This document shows, piece by piece, positions 8,172 through 17,326 of a stretch of 64,000 nt of DNA. Both the position numbers and the translations under genes were made by a program. Position 1 is the stretch's first letter. The number at the start of each line of letters is the position of its first letter. Under the pieces are notes generated by a model. That model searched no databases. It was not told where the DNA came from and was given only the letters and a program-made list of their open reading frames with translations. The DNA comes from an uncultured Verrucomicrobiales bacterium (GTDB lineage: Bacteria; Verrucomicrobiota; Verrucomicrobiia; Verrucomicrobiales; Akkermansiaceae): contig CBFGTW010000006.1 of assembly GCA_965651855.1 (NCBI GenBank), positions 716 through 64,715 of the forward strand, in the 5' to 3' direction.

Positions 8172-9272
8172 TCACTCGCTTTCGCCGGGCCCGGTGTTCC
8201 ACCAGCGGTGCATTTCCTCGGCGGGCGGCGTTTCCAGCGGCCGCACGATCCGGAATCCGAGCCAAGGAGCGTCGGTGTAATACCAGATCGACTTCGGAAT
8301 CTGCGGGTCCTTCACCTTCCACGCCGTCGAGCTGCCGAGCCGGGCCGCGCTGCGCAGGTCCGCCGGATCGGCGTCCCAATGGCCGCCGCGCACGGAGGTC
8401 GGATGCCGCTCGACCGGCGGGATCCAGGGATTCGCCGCGCCGTCCTCGAGTTTAGCATACGCTTCGGGAAGATATTGGTCGATGACGTGCTCGGCGACAT
8501 TGCCGTGCATGTCATGAAGACCCCAAGGGTTTGGCTTCTTCATGCCGACCTTCTGGTATTGGAACTCCGAGTTTTCGGTGAACCAGGCGTAGTCGTCGAG
8601 AGCGTCCGGGCTGTCGCCGAAATGCCAGGCGGTGGTGGTGCCGGCGCGGCAGGCGTGTTCCCACTCCGCCTCGGTCGGCAGGCGGTAGAACCGGCCGGTC
8701 TGCGCGCTGAGCCATTCGCAGAATTTGCTGGCGGCGTGCTGGGTCATGCCGACCGCCGGGAATTCGGCGCCGTAGCCATCGGCCATGCCGAAGTGCATCG
8801 GCACGTAGGGCGGCGTCGGTTGCGTCACGGTGTCCACCAGCGTCTCGTCGCCGAGTGCCTCGGGCGCTTCGGAGGTCGTGAGGTCCGAGTCGCGGTTGAG
8901 CGTGCCGTCCTTGTTGCGGCTCATGCCGTTTTCCATGAACGGCCGGTAGAGCGCCCACGTCACCTCAACCTTTCCCATCCAGAACGGATCCACCTTCACG
9001 CGGCGCTGCGGACCTTCGTCGTCGCGGCGCTCCGCTTCGGATTCCGGCGACCCGATGACGAACTCGCCGCCGGGGATCGGCACCATCTCGAGCTTCGCGC
9101 CGCCGGCGAGCGGCGGTTCCTCGGCGTAGGCCTTCATGTCTCCGGCCGCCGGAGCGGGCGATCCGGAGATCTTTTCATGAATGGCGCGGGTCGTCGGGAA
9201 AAGTTGTGGATTCGGCAGCTCGTCGGCGACAGCCATCGCCGCGAATGGAAACAGGGTGAGCAGGACTCGCAT
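8172..9272 (-). CDS. Secreted FGE-sulfatase (SUMF1/EgtB/PvdO) domain protein
   Basis: Signal peptide present. Motifs RLPTEAEWEHACRAGTTTAW, NPWGLHDMHGNVAEHV and VRGGHWDADP are present. It lacks the C-terminal GGSFLCHxSYCxRYR motif seen in the canonical FGE at 55444..56508. Confidence 0.8.
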   Translation of the reverse strand: MRVLLTLFPFAAMAVADELPNPQLFPTTRAIHEKISGSPAPAAGDMKAYAEEPPLAGGAKLEMVPIPGGEFVIGSPESEAERRDDEGPQRRVKVDPFWMGKVEVTWALYRPFMENGMSRNKDGTLNRDSDLTTSEAPEALGDETLVDTVTQPTPPYVPMHFGMADGYGAEFPAVGMTQHAASKFCEWLSAQTGRFYRLPTEAEWEHACRAGTTTAWHFGDSPDALDDYAWFTENSEFQYQKVGMKKPNPWGLHDMHGNVAEHVIDQYLPEAYAKLEDGAANPWIPPVERHPTSVRGGHWDADPADLRSAARLGSSTAWKVKDPQIPKSIWYYTDAPWLGFRIVRPLETPPAEEMHRWWNTGPGESE

Positions 9273-9274
9273 TA

Positions 9275-9412
9275 GATGAATGGAAGAGATGAAACCGCAG
9301 CTGAACGCAGACTACGACAAAGATATAGGGTAATTCGTAATGGCGGGGATTGGGTGAAGCATGTCCGCTCCTCGATGGATTTCACGCCCATCTGCGGTTC
9401 ATTCTTCACGCG
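9275..9412. repeat. Low-GC imperfect palindromic intergenic element with GAA(A)CCGCAG words
   Basis: atgaaaccgcag at 9289..9300 faces ctgcggttcat at 9392..9402. The arms can be extended with indels. The interior is AT-rich. The element lies between an oxidoreductase gene stop (9406) and the FGE-like gene start (9272). Confidence 0.5.
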
Positions 9413-10704
9413 AGCTTGTAGCTTCCGGGTTTCGGAACGTCCGGGATCGGCTTGGCGTCGGAGAAGCCGAGGGTGTCGGGCGCCAGGTCCTGGTCGGCGT
9501 TCCAGAGTTCTTCCCAAGTGACGCGCTGGCCGGTGTGGGCGGCTTCGCGGCCGAGAATGCCGAGCATCGTGCTGTTGGCCATGTATTCGCCGGTGTTGAG
9601 CGCCTCGCCCTTGCGGATCGCGGCGAACCATTCGTTGTGGCAGACTTGGTACATGTTGCCGGCGTCGCCGCGGAACGCCCAGGTGATCTTGCCCGCGGGG
9701 TCCCGCGTCAGCACCCGGTCCGGGGCCTCGAGGGTGCCGCCCTCGCAGAAAACCCGGTCCTTCACTTCGCTGAACGCGCCTTGGAACTGCCGCTGGCCGA
9801 CGTGGCAGAACACGCCGCCGGGATACTCGAAGGTCACCTCGTAGTGGTCCCACACGTTGCCCTCGTCCGAGCGCTGCGTCCGGCCACCACCGCCGCGGGC
9901 GGCGATCGGCGCGACGTCGCCCATGGCCCAGGCGACCTTGTCGACCGTGTGGATCGCCTGCTCGATGAGCGGGCCGCCGGCGAGCCACTCGTGGGCCATC
10001 CAGTTGCGGATCTGCCATTCCACGTCGCCCCAGGCGGCGTCGCGGTGATCCACGGAGGTCGAGGGCTTCGGCACCGACGCGAGATAGGTGCCGTAGATGG
10101 AAACGACGCGCCCGAGCGCGCCCGCGAGGAGTTTCTCGTAGCCGGCGCGGGTGTTCGGCGAGAACCGCCAGCAATAGCCGTGCTGCACGGTCACGCCCTT
10201 TTCCTTCGCCAGCTTCGCGGTTTCCAGGACCGACTTCACGCCGTTCACGTCCACGGCCATCGGCTTTTCAGCGAAGACGTGCTTGCCGGCCTCCACCGCG
10301 GCGCGGAAATGCAGCGGCCGGAATCCGGGCGGCGCGGTGAGCAGGACGACGTCCACGCCGCTGTCGATCACCTGCTGGTAGGCGTCCAGGCCGACGAAGC
10401 GGCGCGCTTTCGGAACGTCCACGCGGGGGCCGAAGTTCGCGAGGTGGTTCAGCGAGTTCTCGATTTGCCCGGCGAAGGCGTCGCCGATTGCCCAGAGCGT
10501 GACGTCCGGGTCGGCGGAAAGCGCTTGGCTGGCGGCGCCGGTGCCGCGTCCGCCCGAGCCGATCAGGCCGATTTTCAGCGGCGCGCGGTTTTCGCCTTGG
10601 GCGCGGATGATGCCGGGAAATCCGGCGATGGCGGCGGTGGCTCCCGCGGTGGCGAGAAATTGGCGGCGGTTGGCGGTTGCGGGTTTCATGGCGTGTGCGT
10701 TCAC
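9406..10704 (-). CDS. Gfo/Idh/MocA-family oxidoreductase with twin-arginine signal
   Basis: N-terminal NRRQFLATAGATAAIAGFPGIIRA resembles a Tat signal. Rossmann motif KIGLIGSGGRGTGAA is present. Length and the remaining sequence fit the family. Confidence 0.85.
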   Translation of the reverse strand: MNAHAMKPATANRRQFLATAGATAAIAGFPGIIRAQGENRAPLKIGLIGSGGRGTGAASQALSADPDVTLWAIGDAFAGQIENSLNHLANFGPRVDVPKARRFVGLDAYQQVIDSGVDVVLLTAPPGFRPLHFRAAVEAGKHVFAEKPMAVDVNGVKSVLETAKLAKEKGVTVQHGYCWRFSPNTRAGYEKLLAGALGRVVSIYGTYLASVPKPSTSVDHRDAAWGDVEWQIRNWMAHEWLAGGPLIEQAIHTVDKVAWAMGDVAPIAARGGGGRTQRSDEGNVWDHYEVTFEYPGGVFCHVGQRQFQGAFSEVKDRVFCEGGTLEAPDRVLTRDPAGKITWAFRGDAGNMYQVCHNEWFAAIRKGEALNTGEYMANSTMLGILGREAAHTGQRVTWEELWNADQDLAPDTLGFSDAKPIPDVPKPGSYKLA

Positions 10705-10778
10705 CCGCTACGGCGGCTGCCGGCACGGGCGTTTCAACCGATTTGCCTACCTTCCACGCGGCGGCTTGGCGAGACGCA

Positions 10779-11717
10779 TCATTCACCGGGGAAAATGACG
10801 CGGGCCGTCACCGGAAAATGATCGGAGACCAGCGGCGGCGGATCGTCTTCCACGGCGGCTTCGAGCACGCGGGCGTCCGGCGAAACGAGGATGTGGTCGA
10901 TCTTGAGCGGCCCGTCGCGCCGGCCGCTCCAGAGGTGGAGCGTGCGGCGGTTCCGCTCCCGCGGGTGGCGGGCGAGGAAGGTCTCCACGAGGCCGGTTTC
11001 CCATTTCCGTTGCCGGCCGGCCACCTCGGCCTCCAGCCCCCGCAGGTAGGCGACGGCGGGGTTTTCCTCCACCGCGTTGAAATCGCCCATGAGAATGACC
11101 GGCTCGTCCGGCCGGCGGCGCTGGTCGATGCGTTCGGCGATGAGCAGGGCGGCGTGTTCGCGCGAGGGCTGCGAGCGGTGGTCCCAGTGCGTGTTGAAGA
11201 CGTAGAAACCGCGGCCGGTCGCGCGGTCCACGAGCCGGAGCCAAGCCGCGGAGCGCGGGATCTCGTTGCCCCAGGTGCGGGAGCCCGGCACGCCCGGAGT
11301 CTCCGAAAGCCAGAACGTTCCGCTGTCCGTCACGTCCGGCTGGAAGCGGCGCTTGTCGTAGAAGATGGCGGCGTATTCGCCTTCGCGCCAGCCGTCGCGG
11401 CGGCCGACGCCATGGAAGCCGTATTCCGGCAGCGAGGCCCACAAATCCGCCGCCGGGCCGTGGAGCGCTTCCTGCACGCCGAGCACGTCGGGGCGCATCC
11501 GCCGGATCAGCCGGATGGCGTGGGTGACGCGCTGTTCCCACGCACGTTGCCCGCGGTCCTCCTTGTTTTCGTAACGGATGTTGAACGTCGCCGCGCGGAT
11601 CTCGAGCGGCGCTTCCAGCCGCGGCGTCGCCGGCGGCGCGAGCGGCTCCGGCTGGCGACCGCACCCGGCGGCCACCCATGCGAATGCCACCGCCATCAAG
11701 ACCCCCGCCGCGCGCAT
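10779..11717 (-). CDS. Endonuclease/exonuclease/phosphatase (EEP) family lipoprotein
   Basis: Motifs ATFNIRYEN, VLGVQE, FNTHWDH, LMGDFN, IDHILVS and SDHFPV are present. The ATG at 11717 gives a lipoprotein-type signal (MRAAGVLMAVAFAWVAAGC). The listed ORF starts at 11768. Confidence 0.85.
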   Translation of the reverse strand: MRAAGVLMAVAFAWVAAGCGRQPEPLAPPATPRLEAPLEIRAATFNIRYENKEDRGQRAWEQRVTHAIRLIRRMRPDVLGVQEALHGPAADLWASLPEYGFHGVGRRDGWREGEYAAIFYDKRRFQPDVTDSGTFWLSETPGVPGSRTWGNEIPRSAAWLRLVDRATGRGFYVFNTHWDHRSQPSREHAALLIAERIDQRRRPDEPVILMGDFNAVEENPAVAYLRGLEAEVAGRQRKWETGLVETFLARHPRERNRRTLHLWSGRRDGPLKIDHILVSPDARVLEAAVEDDPPPLVSDHFPVTARVIFPGE

Positions 11718-11791
11718 GCGCCGGACGTTCCCGCACTTCGCGGAAGAGTCAACGATTTGCAATGCCATCCATTCCGGCTAACAGTGCGGAG

Positions 11792-12238
11792 ATGAATCCC
11801 TCGCCCCGACCCGCCGCCGAGGAAACCCAGCGCGAGCTTTCCACCGAATGGCTCGAACTGAGCGGCCGCATCCGCGAACTGGCCTCGCGCCTCAAGCCGG
11901 ACACCGATCCCGAGGTGCGCCAGCTCGCCCGCGAATCGCTGCGCATGTGCGGCCATGTCGAACGTCTGCACGCCGATGTCGAGCGCTGGCTCGGCGAGCT
12001 CGCGCCCACCGCCGGCGCGGAGCCTGCGCCCCACGATCAGGAGGAGTCCGAGGACGACGAAGCGCTCAACATCCAGCGCGAGATCCACCAGGACAAGGTG
12101 AGCGTCCGGGATGTGATCAAGGCGCTTTTCCTGTGGCAGGACACGCCGGACGACCGGATGCGCCAGCAGCAGGAAGAGCGCGACAAACGCCGCAAGGCGG
12201 AAGAAGCGCTGCGCGAATCCGGTCACGGTTCCGCATAG
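11792..12238 (+). CDS. Hypothetical acidic coiled-coil protein
   Basis: 148 aa from the ATG at 11792 (MNPSPRPAAEETQRELSTEW...). Composition is charged and helical. No family recognised. The 3' end overlaps the convergent CotH-protein gene by 16 nt. Confidence 0.45.
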   Translation: MNPSPRPAAEETQRELSTEWLELSGRIRELASRLKPDTDPEVRQLARESLRMCGHVERLHADVERWLGELAPTAGAEPAPHDQEESEDDEALNIQREIHQDKVSVRDVIKALFLWQDTPDDRMRQQQEERDKRRKAEEALRESGHGSA

Positions 12239-15200
12239 GTCACCCGCAGGCGCAGGAACCGGGGTGCGTCCGCGGACGCCTCGGCCGGATCGTGCAGCGA
12301 GACGGCTTGGTAGCCGTCCGCCGCCGGTTCCACCGCGGGCATGGCCATGACCGGCGCCCACGTTTCCAGATCCGGGCTGGCCAGGAGCGTGAACTGCAGA
12401 CCGGCATGCTCCGCCGGCCACCGGAAACGCAGGCCGGGAAACCGCCGGTCGCCGGACAGCGACCACGCCAGCCGGATTTCCGGCAGGTCGGCGGCCAGCG
12501 GATCGGTCCCGAGCGCGTACTCGAGGAAGTTCGGCCGGCCGTCACCGTCGGGATCGGCCCCGGGCAGGACGACCGCCGGATCCGCGAGTTGGCCTTGGTT
12601 GAAACGTGCGGCCGCCCAAGCGTCGAAGCTGCCGAGCGCCGGAAGGTCCGTGTCTCCGGGCGCGCCGTGGGGACTGCCGCTGGCCCGCCAGCCGGTCGAC
12701 TCGCTGTCTTGGCTCGGATCCCCCGGAAAGCGCGCCACGAGCGCCGGGCCCGAGCCGTCGGCGGCGGTCGACCAGCCACCCGAATCCGCCCACGTCACTT
12801 CGCGGAGGACGGTTTCCTGCGGCGTGTTGAGGACGATCGTCTCGCCGGAGTTGCTGAGGTTTCCGGAGAACTCGCCGGCCACGGGAAGCCCCGCGCCGTG
12901 GCGGAACTCGAAGGCGTCCGCCGTGTCGACCACCAACACGCGCGCGCCAGGGGCCAGGGTGCGGCCGGTCCACGCGCCGGTGAAATCGAAGTCGATGCCG
13001 CCGGAGAGGAACACGCCCTGGAGATCGACGTGTCGCGTGCCGGTGTTGAGCAGCTCGATGTATTCGAAAACCCCGTCATCGGCGAACCCCGCCGCGATTT
13101 CCGCCGGTGTCGGATCGGCCGGATGATACATGATTTTTGAAATGGCGAGGTTGTGGGGAGTGGCCGGCTCGGTATCGACGAGATAGGTCACCTCGGTGAG
13201 CGCGCTCCACGACCCGCCGCTCCTCGCGCGGAACCGCAACACCTGCTCGCCGCCCGCCGCCAAGACCAGCGGGGTGGGGGAGCTGGTCCGCACGGCCGCG
13301 AGCGACAGGTTCATCGAAATGTCCGAACTGCTTGGATTCGCCTGGTGGATCTCCACCGCGACGACATTCCGCCCCACCGCCAGTGCCTCGGCCGGGATTG
13401 TCATCTCAACGACCGTGTCCTCGATCGCGCTGCCGGTGTAATAGTCGTAAGCGGCATCGACCGGCAGGTTGCCCGCGACGCGCGTGCCGTTGAGATAGAC
13501 CGCGTAGGCGTCGTCATACTCGATCCTCAAGGTGAGCTGCTGGATGCCGTCGTCGTCATCGAGGGTGAACTCGCGGCGGAAGTAGCACGTCGCGTGCTTG
13601 TTGCCCGCCGGCGCGGGAATGACGGTGGCCTCGTCGCCGTCGCCGTAGCCGAGCTCGGCCTGGCCGGCCGGCCAGGCGCTGTCGTCGTAGTCCGGCAACC
13701 GCCACGCCGTTCCCAGATTGCTGCCCTGGCCGAAGTAGCGCCAGCCGTGGGCGGACCAGGGAACCAGCGTCTCGCTGGTGGTGGAGGAGCTGTAGGTGAG
13801 CGCTCCGCTCCTCAACGCGCCGCCGATCTGCCGCGGGTCCGAGCGGTCCGGCATGTGGTGGATCGTGCCGTCGGCGGAGACGACGACCTCCGTTCCGGAA
13901 TCGACGAAGCCCGGCGCGGGAAAAACCAACGGCCCGTCGAGCTGGGGGTAGAGCCCGTCGTTCCGCAGTTGCCCCAGCACGATGCCACCGCGCGGCTGGA
14001 AGTAGCCGAGCAGGGAATCGCGCGCGGCCTGCCACGTTTGCCGCGTCCGCGGGTTGGCGACTTTCGAGTCTCCCCAGCGGGCGCTCTCGGCGATGATGGC
14101 GGAATCGACGGTGCCGCCCAGGCGGTCGATCCGGTCGAGCCAGGCGTCCGCGGTGAGCGCGCCGTCGTGGAACAAGTGTTTCTGCACCCGGTCCGCCCAC
14201 CGCATCCGGTATTCGGCGTTGTTCATCAAATCCTGGTGGATGAACATCGGATTGTAGAAATCGAAGTTCGACTCGTTCGCGCTGGGGTACGGGCCGGTGC
14301 GGTCCTCGTTCACGTTGAAGAGCGAGTGCTCGAAGTCGTGGACGAAGAAGCGGAAGCCCTGTCCGGGGTTGTCCACGCGGCGCCGGCTGCCGGACCAGTT
14401 GTTGGCGCGGTCGTTGCCGAGGAATTGCGAGACCGCGCCGTCGAGATTGCCCGTCCAGAAGGTCAGCAGCATGTAGTCGATGAGATTGTCCACATCGAGC
14501 AGCACCGGCTCGCCGGTGGGCGTCACGCCGTCGGCGGCGAGGCCCATCAGCCGGAAATAGTTCTCGTTCGTCGGATTCGCGCGGTGCGCCTTGGCGGCGT
14601 CAAAAAGCTCCCGCCAGACGCCCAGGTCGCCGTCGGTCGCGCCGGTGGTGTACGAGGAATCGGACTCGGCCTTCACCACGTCGTAATCCAGCTCGTCGCC
14701 GCCGAAATAACTTTCGGCGTAGGCGGCTTCCGTCCGTTCGTCCAAGTCGAACAATCCCCAGTAGTGGCCGTTGAGGAAGAGGTGCACATACTTCACGCGC
14801 GAGCCGGGCTGGCCCATCTCGAGTTGGGCCACGCGCGTGGATTCCTCGCGGAGGAAGGTGTTGCGCGTGTCGCCTTCGAAGGACCACGAGTAGTTCTGGG
14901 AAGTCCGCAGGTCGATCTTGTCGAACTCGTCCGCGCCGTTCCGCCCGAAGAGCGGGAAGCGGAGTTTTCCCTCGCCGTAGCTGCTGCGGAAGAAGAAGCG
15001 GAAGGCGTGCTTCGGATTGTCTGTCGAGCGCGAGAATCCGCCGCGCATGCGCACCCCGGCGTCGATCTGGAAGTCGGCGACGCCGTTCGGCGCCTCGGGC
15101 GTGGGCGGGTTGATCCACTCCATGGACGCCGGGCGTTCCCAGGTGAGTCCGCGACCGAAGGGATTCGAGTAAATGCCCTGCGAGCCGTCGATGTTGAAAA

Positions 15201-17241
15201 GATTCGGCAAGTCCGTGGTCACGGACACGGCCGGCAGGGCCAGGAGGGCCGCCTTCACCTGCGCCGGGCCGCCGATTTCCGGGTCGGGGTGGTTCACGAT
15301 CTCCGGATCCATCCCGTAGTCGAGCACCTGCGCGGTGCCGCTGCTCGCCGGCCAGCCGGGCGGCGGGGAGCCGTCGGGCGACTGCCGGATCACGTCGTCG
15401 ACGAAGAGATAGGTGTGCGTGGCGGTGGCGGAAGGCTCCCAGTGCTCGATGAACGCGCGGGCTCGGAGCACGGTGGTGCCGGCGATCTGGAAGGGGCCGG
15501 TGTAGAGCGTGCTGGATTCGTCCGGCACCGAGCCGTTCGTCGTGTAACGGATCTCCGCGCCGGGCGTTTCGGACGCCAACGCGAGGGTGAACGGCGAGTC
15601 GTAAAACCCGCGGCCGACGCTGGCGGACACCGAGGCCACCTTGCCGAGTAGACTCGGCTCGCCATTGATCCAGCCGGGCGTGGCGAGCCCGTCGCCGTAA
15701 AAGACGGCGGGGGCCTCCGCCTCCAGCGTGCCGGCGATGAGCTCGGGAAGGACGAGGAAGGAACTTTCGCCGGCGGAGGCGTTCAGGCCATGGATGGCGA
15801 GGACATTTCCGGTGGGCGCGAGGTTTCCGAGCAGCTCGGTCGCGTTGAAGCCGACCGGGCGGAGGGAAAGCGGGCCGCCGCGCGTCGAGGTGGCCGCCGA
15901 GTTCCACGCGAGCGGGACCGGGGCGCCGGCGGATCCGGCGGGCGAGCCGTTCAGCCAAGCGGCGAAGCCGTCGTTGTAGCGAATCACGAGCGACATAGCG
16001 GCGTGCGATCCCGCATCCGGCGCGGCGAAGGTGTGGCGGAATCCCGCGCCGGTCGCGCCGGCCATCTGCGCGGACAGGTCGGTGCGGATCGCGGTGTCCG
16101 CGCCGCTGGCCATGGAGGTGGCGGCCAACCCGCCGTTCGCCGTGTCGCCCACCAGCCGGAACGAGGCGTCCCAAGCGGTGAATTGCCCCGGCGCCGCGAA
16201 GAACTCGAGCATGTCGCCGCCCGCGCCCTCGAACATGATCACCTCGAAGCTGTGGCTGCCCGCGGTGAGATGGCGCGTGCCGAAGCGGTCCTCCGGACCG
16301 TGGAACGCGTCGTCCACGATCAGGTCCGTCCCGTCGATGCGGAGCCGCGCGCCGTCGTCGCTGCGCGTGCCGAAGGTGTAGAAGCCGGTCGTGGGGATTT
16401 CGACGAAGCCCTCGGCGCGGATCGCGTACTGGTCGCCGCTGCCGCCGGGCGGGGGCACGCTGGAGAACCGCGCGCCGCTGTTGTCGCCGAGGAAATTGAC
16501 CGTCGGCACCACGGCGGTCACCGACCGCAGCACTGTGGGGTGATCGTCCGGCAGCGAAACGAGGTTCACCGCGTCGGCCAGCCCCTGGACGTTGCCATTC
16601 TTGAAAACGTGGCGCACGAGGATGCCCGGCACGGCGATGCCGTGGCCGAAGCCGCTGGGTCCCTGCGCCCACCCGGAATCGGCGAATGCCGGCTCCTGCC
16701 AGCCGGCGGGAAGCGAGCCGGCGTCCGTCGCGACGCGGAACCGCGCGGTGTCGCCCGCGCTCACCAAGGCCGTCGATTCGAACTGCAGGCCGAACGACTC
16801 GTCCGCCGCCTGCGCGGGGAACTGCGGCCCGAAATCCTGCGCCACCGTGCCGTCCGGCCGCACCAGCGCGAGGTATTCGCCGGCCAGCGCCAACGCGAAA
16901 TTCGTGTGCAGCGGCGCCCCCGGCGAGCGGCGGTTCTTGTTGGACGCCCAGACGATGCGGAACTCGCCGGGCGCGAGCGTCACGTCGGGAAAGGTCCAGC
17001 GGGCGAGATCGCCCGCCGTGTCCGTGAGCCTCCAGCCGGCGAGCGGCAACGGCTGGTCGGTCGGGTTGTGGATCTCGATCCAGTCGGACCAACCGCCGTC
17101 TTCGTCGGCGATGGTGGACTTGTTGTCCGCCATGAATTCGGTGATGACCGGTTCGGCGGAAGCGGCGGCGCAAAGCGCGGAAATGCCGAGGCAGAGGGCT
17201 GGGAAGAACTTCACGGGGCTGAGTTTCGCGGAACGTAACAA
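12223..17241 (-). CDS. Giant secreted CotH-kinase-family protein with LTD, PA14 and chitobiase-C-like domains and a TSP3-like C-terminal module
   Basis: 1672 aa with a signal peptide. LTD: VITEFMADN...WIEIHNPT...GWRLTD. PA14: GFYTFGTRSDDGARLRIDG...MFEGAGGDMLEF. CotH core: NYSWSFEGDTRNTFLREE...HLFLNGHYWGLFDLDER...FRFFVHDFEHSL. A second LTD lies near the C-terminus (IMYHPADP...FEYIELLNTG). The C-terminus is DPDGDGRPNFLEYALGTDP...RFLRLRVTYAEP. Confidence 0.85.
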   Translation of the reverse strand: MLRSAKLSPVKFFPALCLGISALCAAASAEPVITEFMADNKSTIADEDGGWSDWIEIHNPTDQPLPLAGWRLTDTAGDLARWTFPDVTLAPGEFRIVWASNKNRRSPGAPLHTNFALALAGEYLALVRPDGTVAQDFGPQFPAQAADESFGLQFESTALVSAGDTARFRVATDAGSLPAGWQEPAFADSGWAQGPSGFGHGIAVPGILVRHVFKNGNVQGLADAVNLVSLPDDHPTVLRSVTAVVPTVNFLGDNSGARFSSVPPPGGSGDQYAIRAEGFVEIPTTGFYTFGTRSDDGARLRIDGTDLIVDDAFHGPEDRFGTRHLTAGSHSFEVIMFEGAGGDMLEFFAAPGQFTAWDASFRLVGDTANGGLAATSMASGADTAIRTDLSAQMAGATGAGFRHTFAAPDAGSHAAMSLVIRYNDGFAAWLNGSPAGSAGAPVPLAWNSAATSTRGGPLSLRPVGFNATELLGNLAPTGNVLAIHGLNASAGESSFLVLPELIAGTLEAEAPAVFYGDGLATPGWINGEPSLLGKVASVSASVGRGFYDSPFTLALASETPGAEIRYTTNGSVPDESSTLYTGPFQIAGTTVLRARAFIEHWEPSATATHTYLFVDDVIRQSPDGSPPPGWPASSGTAQVLDYGMDPEIVNHPDPEIGGPAQVKAALLALPAVSVTTDLPNLFNIDGSQGIYSNPFGRGLTWERPASMEWINPPTPEAPNGVADFQIDAGVRMRGGFSRSTDNPKHAFRFFFRSSYGEGKLRFPLFGRNGADEFDKIDLRTSQNYSWSFEGDTRNTFLREESTRVAQLEMGQPGSRVKYVHLFLNGHYWGLFDLDERTEAAYAESYFGGDELDYDVVKAESDSSYTTGATDGDLGVWRELFDAAKAHRANPTNENYFRLMGLAADGVTPTGEPVLLDVDNLIDYMLLTFWTGNLDGAVSQFLGNDRANNWSGSRRRVDNPGQGFRFFVHDFEHSLFNVNEDRTGPYPSANESNFDFYNPMFIHQDLMNNAEYRMRWADRVQKHLFHDGALTADAWLDRIDRLGGTVDSAIIAESARWGDSKVANPRTRQTWQAARDSLLGYFQPRGGIVLGQLRNDGLYPQLDGPLVFPAPGFVDSGTEVVVSADGTIHHMPDRSDPRQIGGALRSGALTYSSSTTSETLVPWSAHGWRYFGQGSNLGTAWRLPDYDDSAWPAGQAELGYGDGDEATVIPAPAGNKHATCYFRREFTLDDDDGIQQLTLRIEYDDAYAVYLNGTRVAGNLPVDAAYDYYTGSAIEDTVVEMTIPAEALAVGRNVVAVEIHQANPSSSDISMNLSLAAVRTSSPTPLVLAAGGEQVLRFRARSGGSWSALTEVTYLVDTEPATPHNLAISKIMYHPADPTPAEIAAGFADDGVFEYIELLNTGTRHVDLQGVFLSGGIDFDFTGAWTGRTLAPGARVLVVDTADAFEFRHGAGLPVAGEFSGNLSNSGETIVLNTPQETVLREVTWADSGGWSTAADGSGPALVARFPGDPSQDSESTGWRASGSPHGAPGDTDLPALGSFDAWAAARFNQGQLADPAVVLPGADPDGDGRPNFLEYALGTDPLAADLPEIRLAWSLSGDRRFPGLRFRWPAEHAGLQFTLLASPDLETWAPVMAMPAVEPAADGYQAVSLHDPAEASADAPRFLRLRVTYAEP

Positions 17242-17326
17242 ACGTCGCCGGAAGTCCTAGGGTTTTCGTGAATCTCCGCCAGCCCGTGAATTGACGCCTC
17301 TCCGGCCGAATGGAAAACTCCCACGC

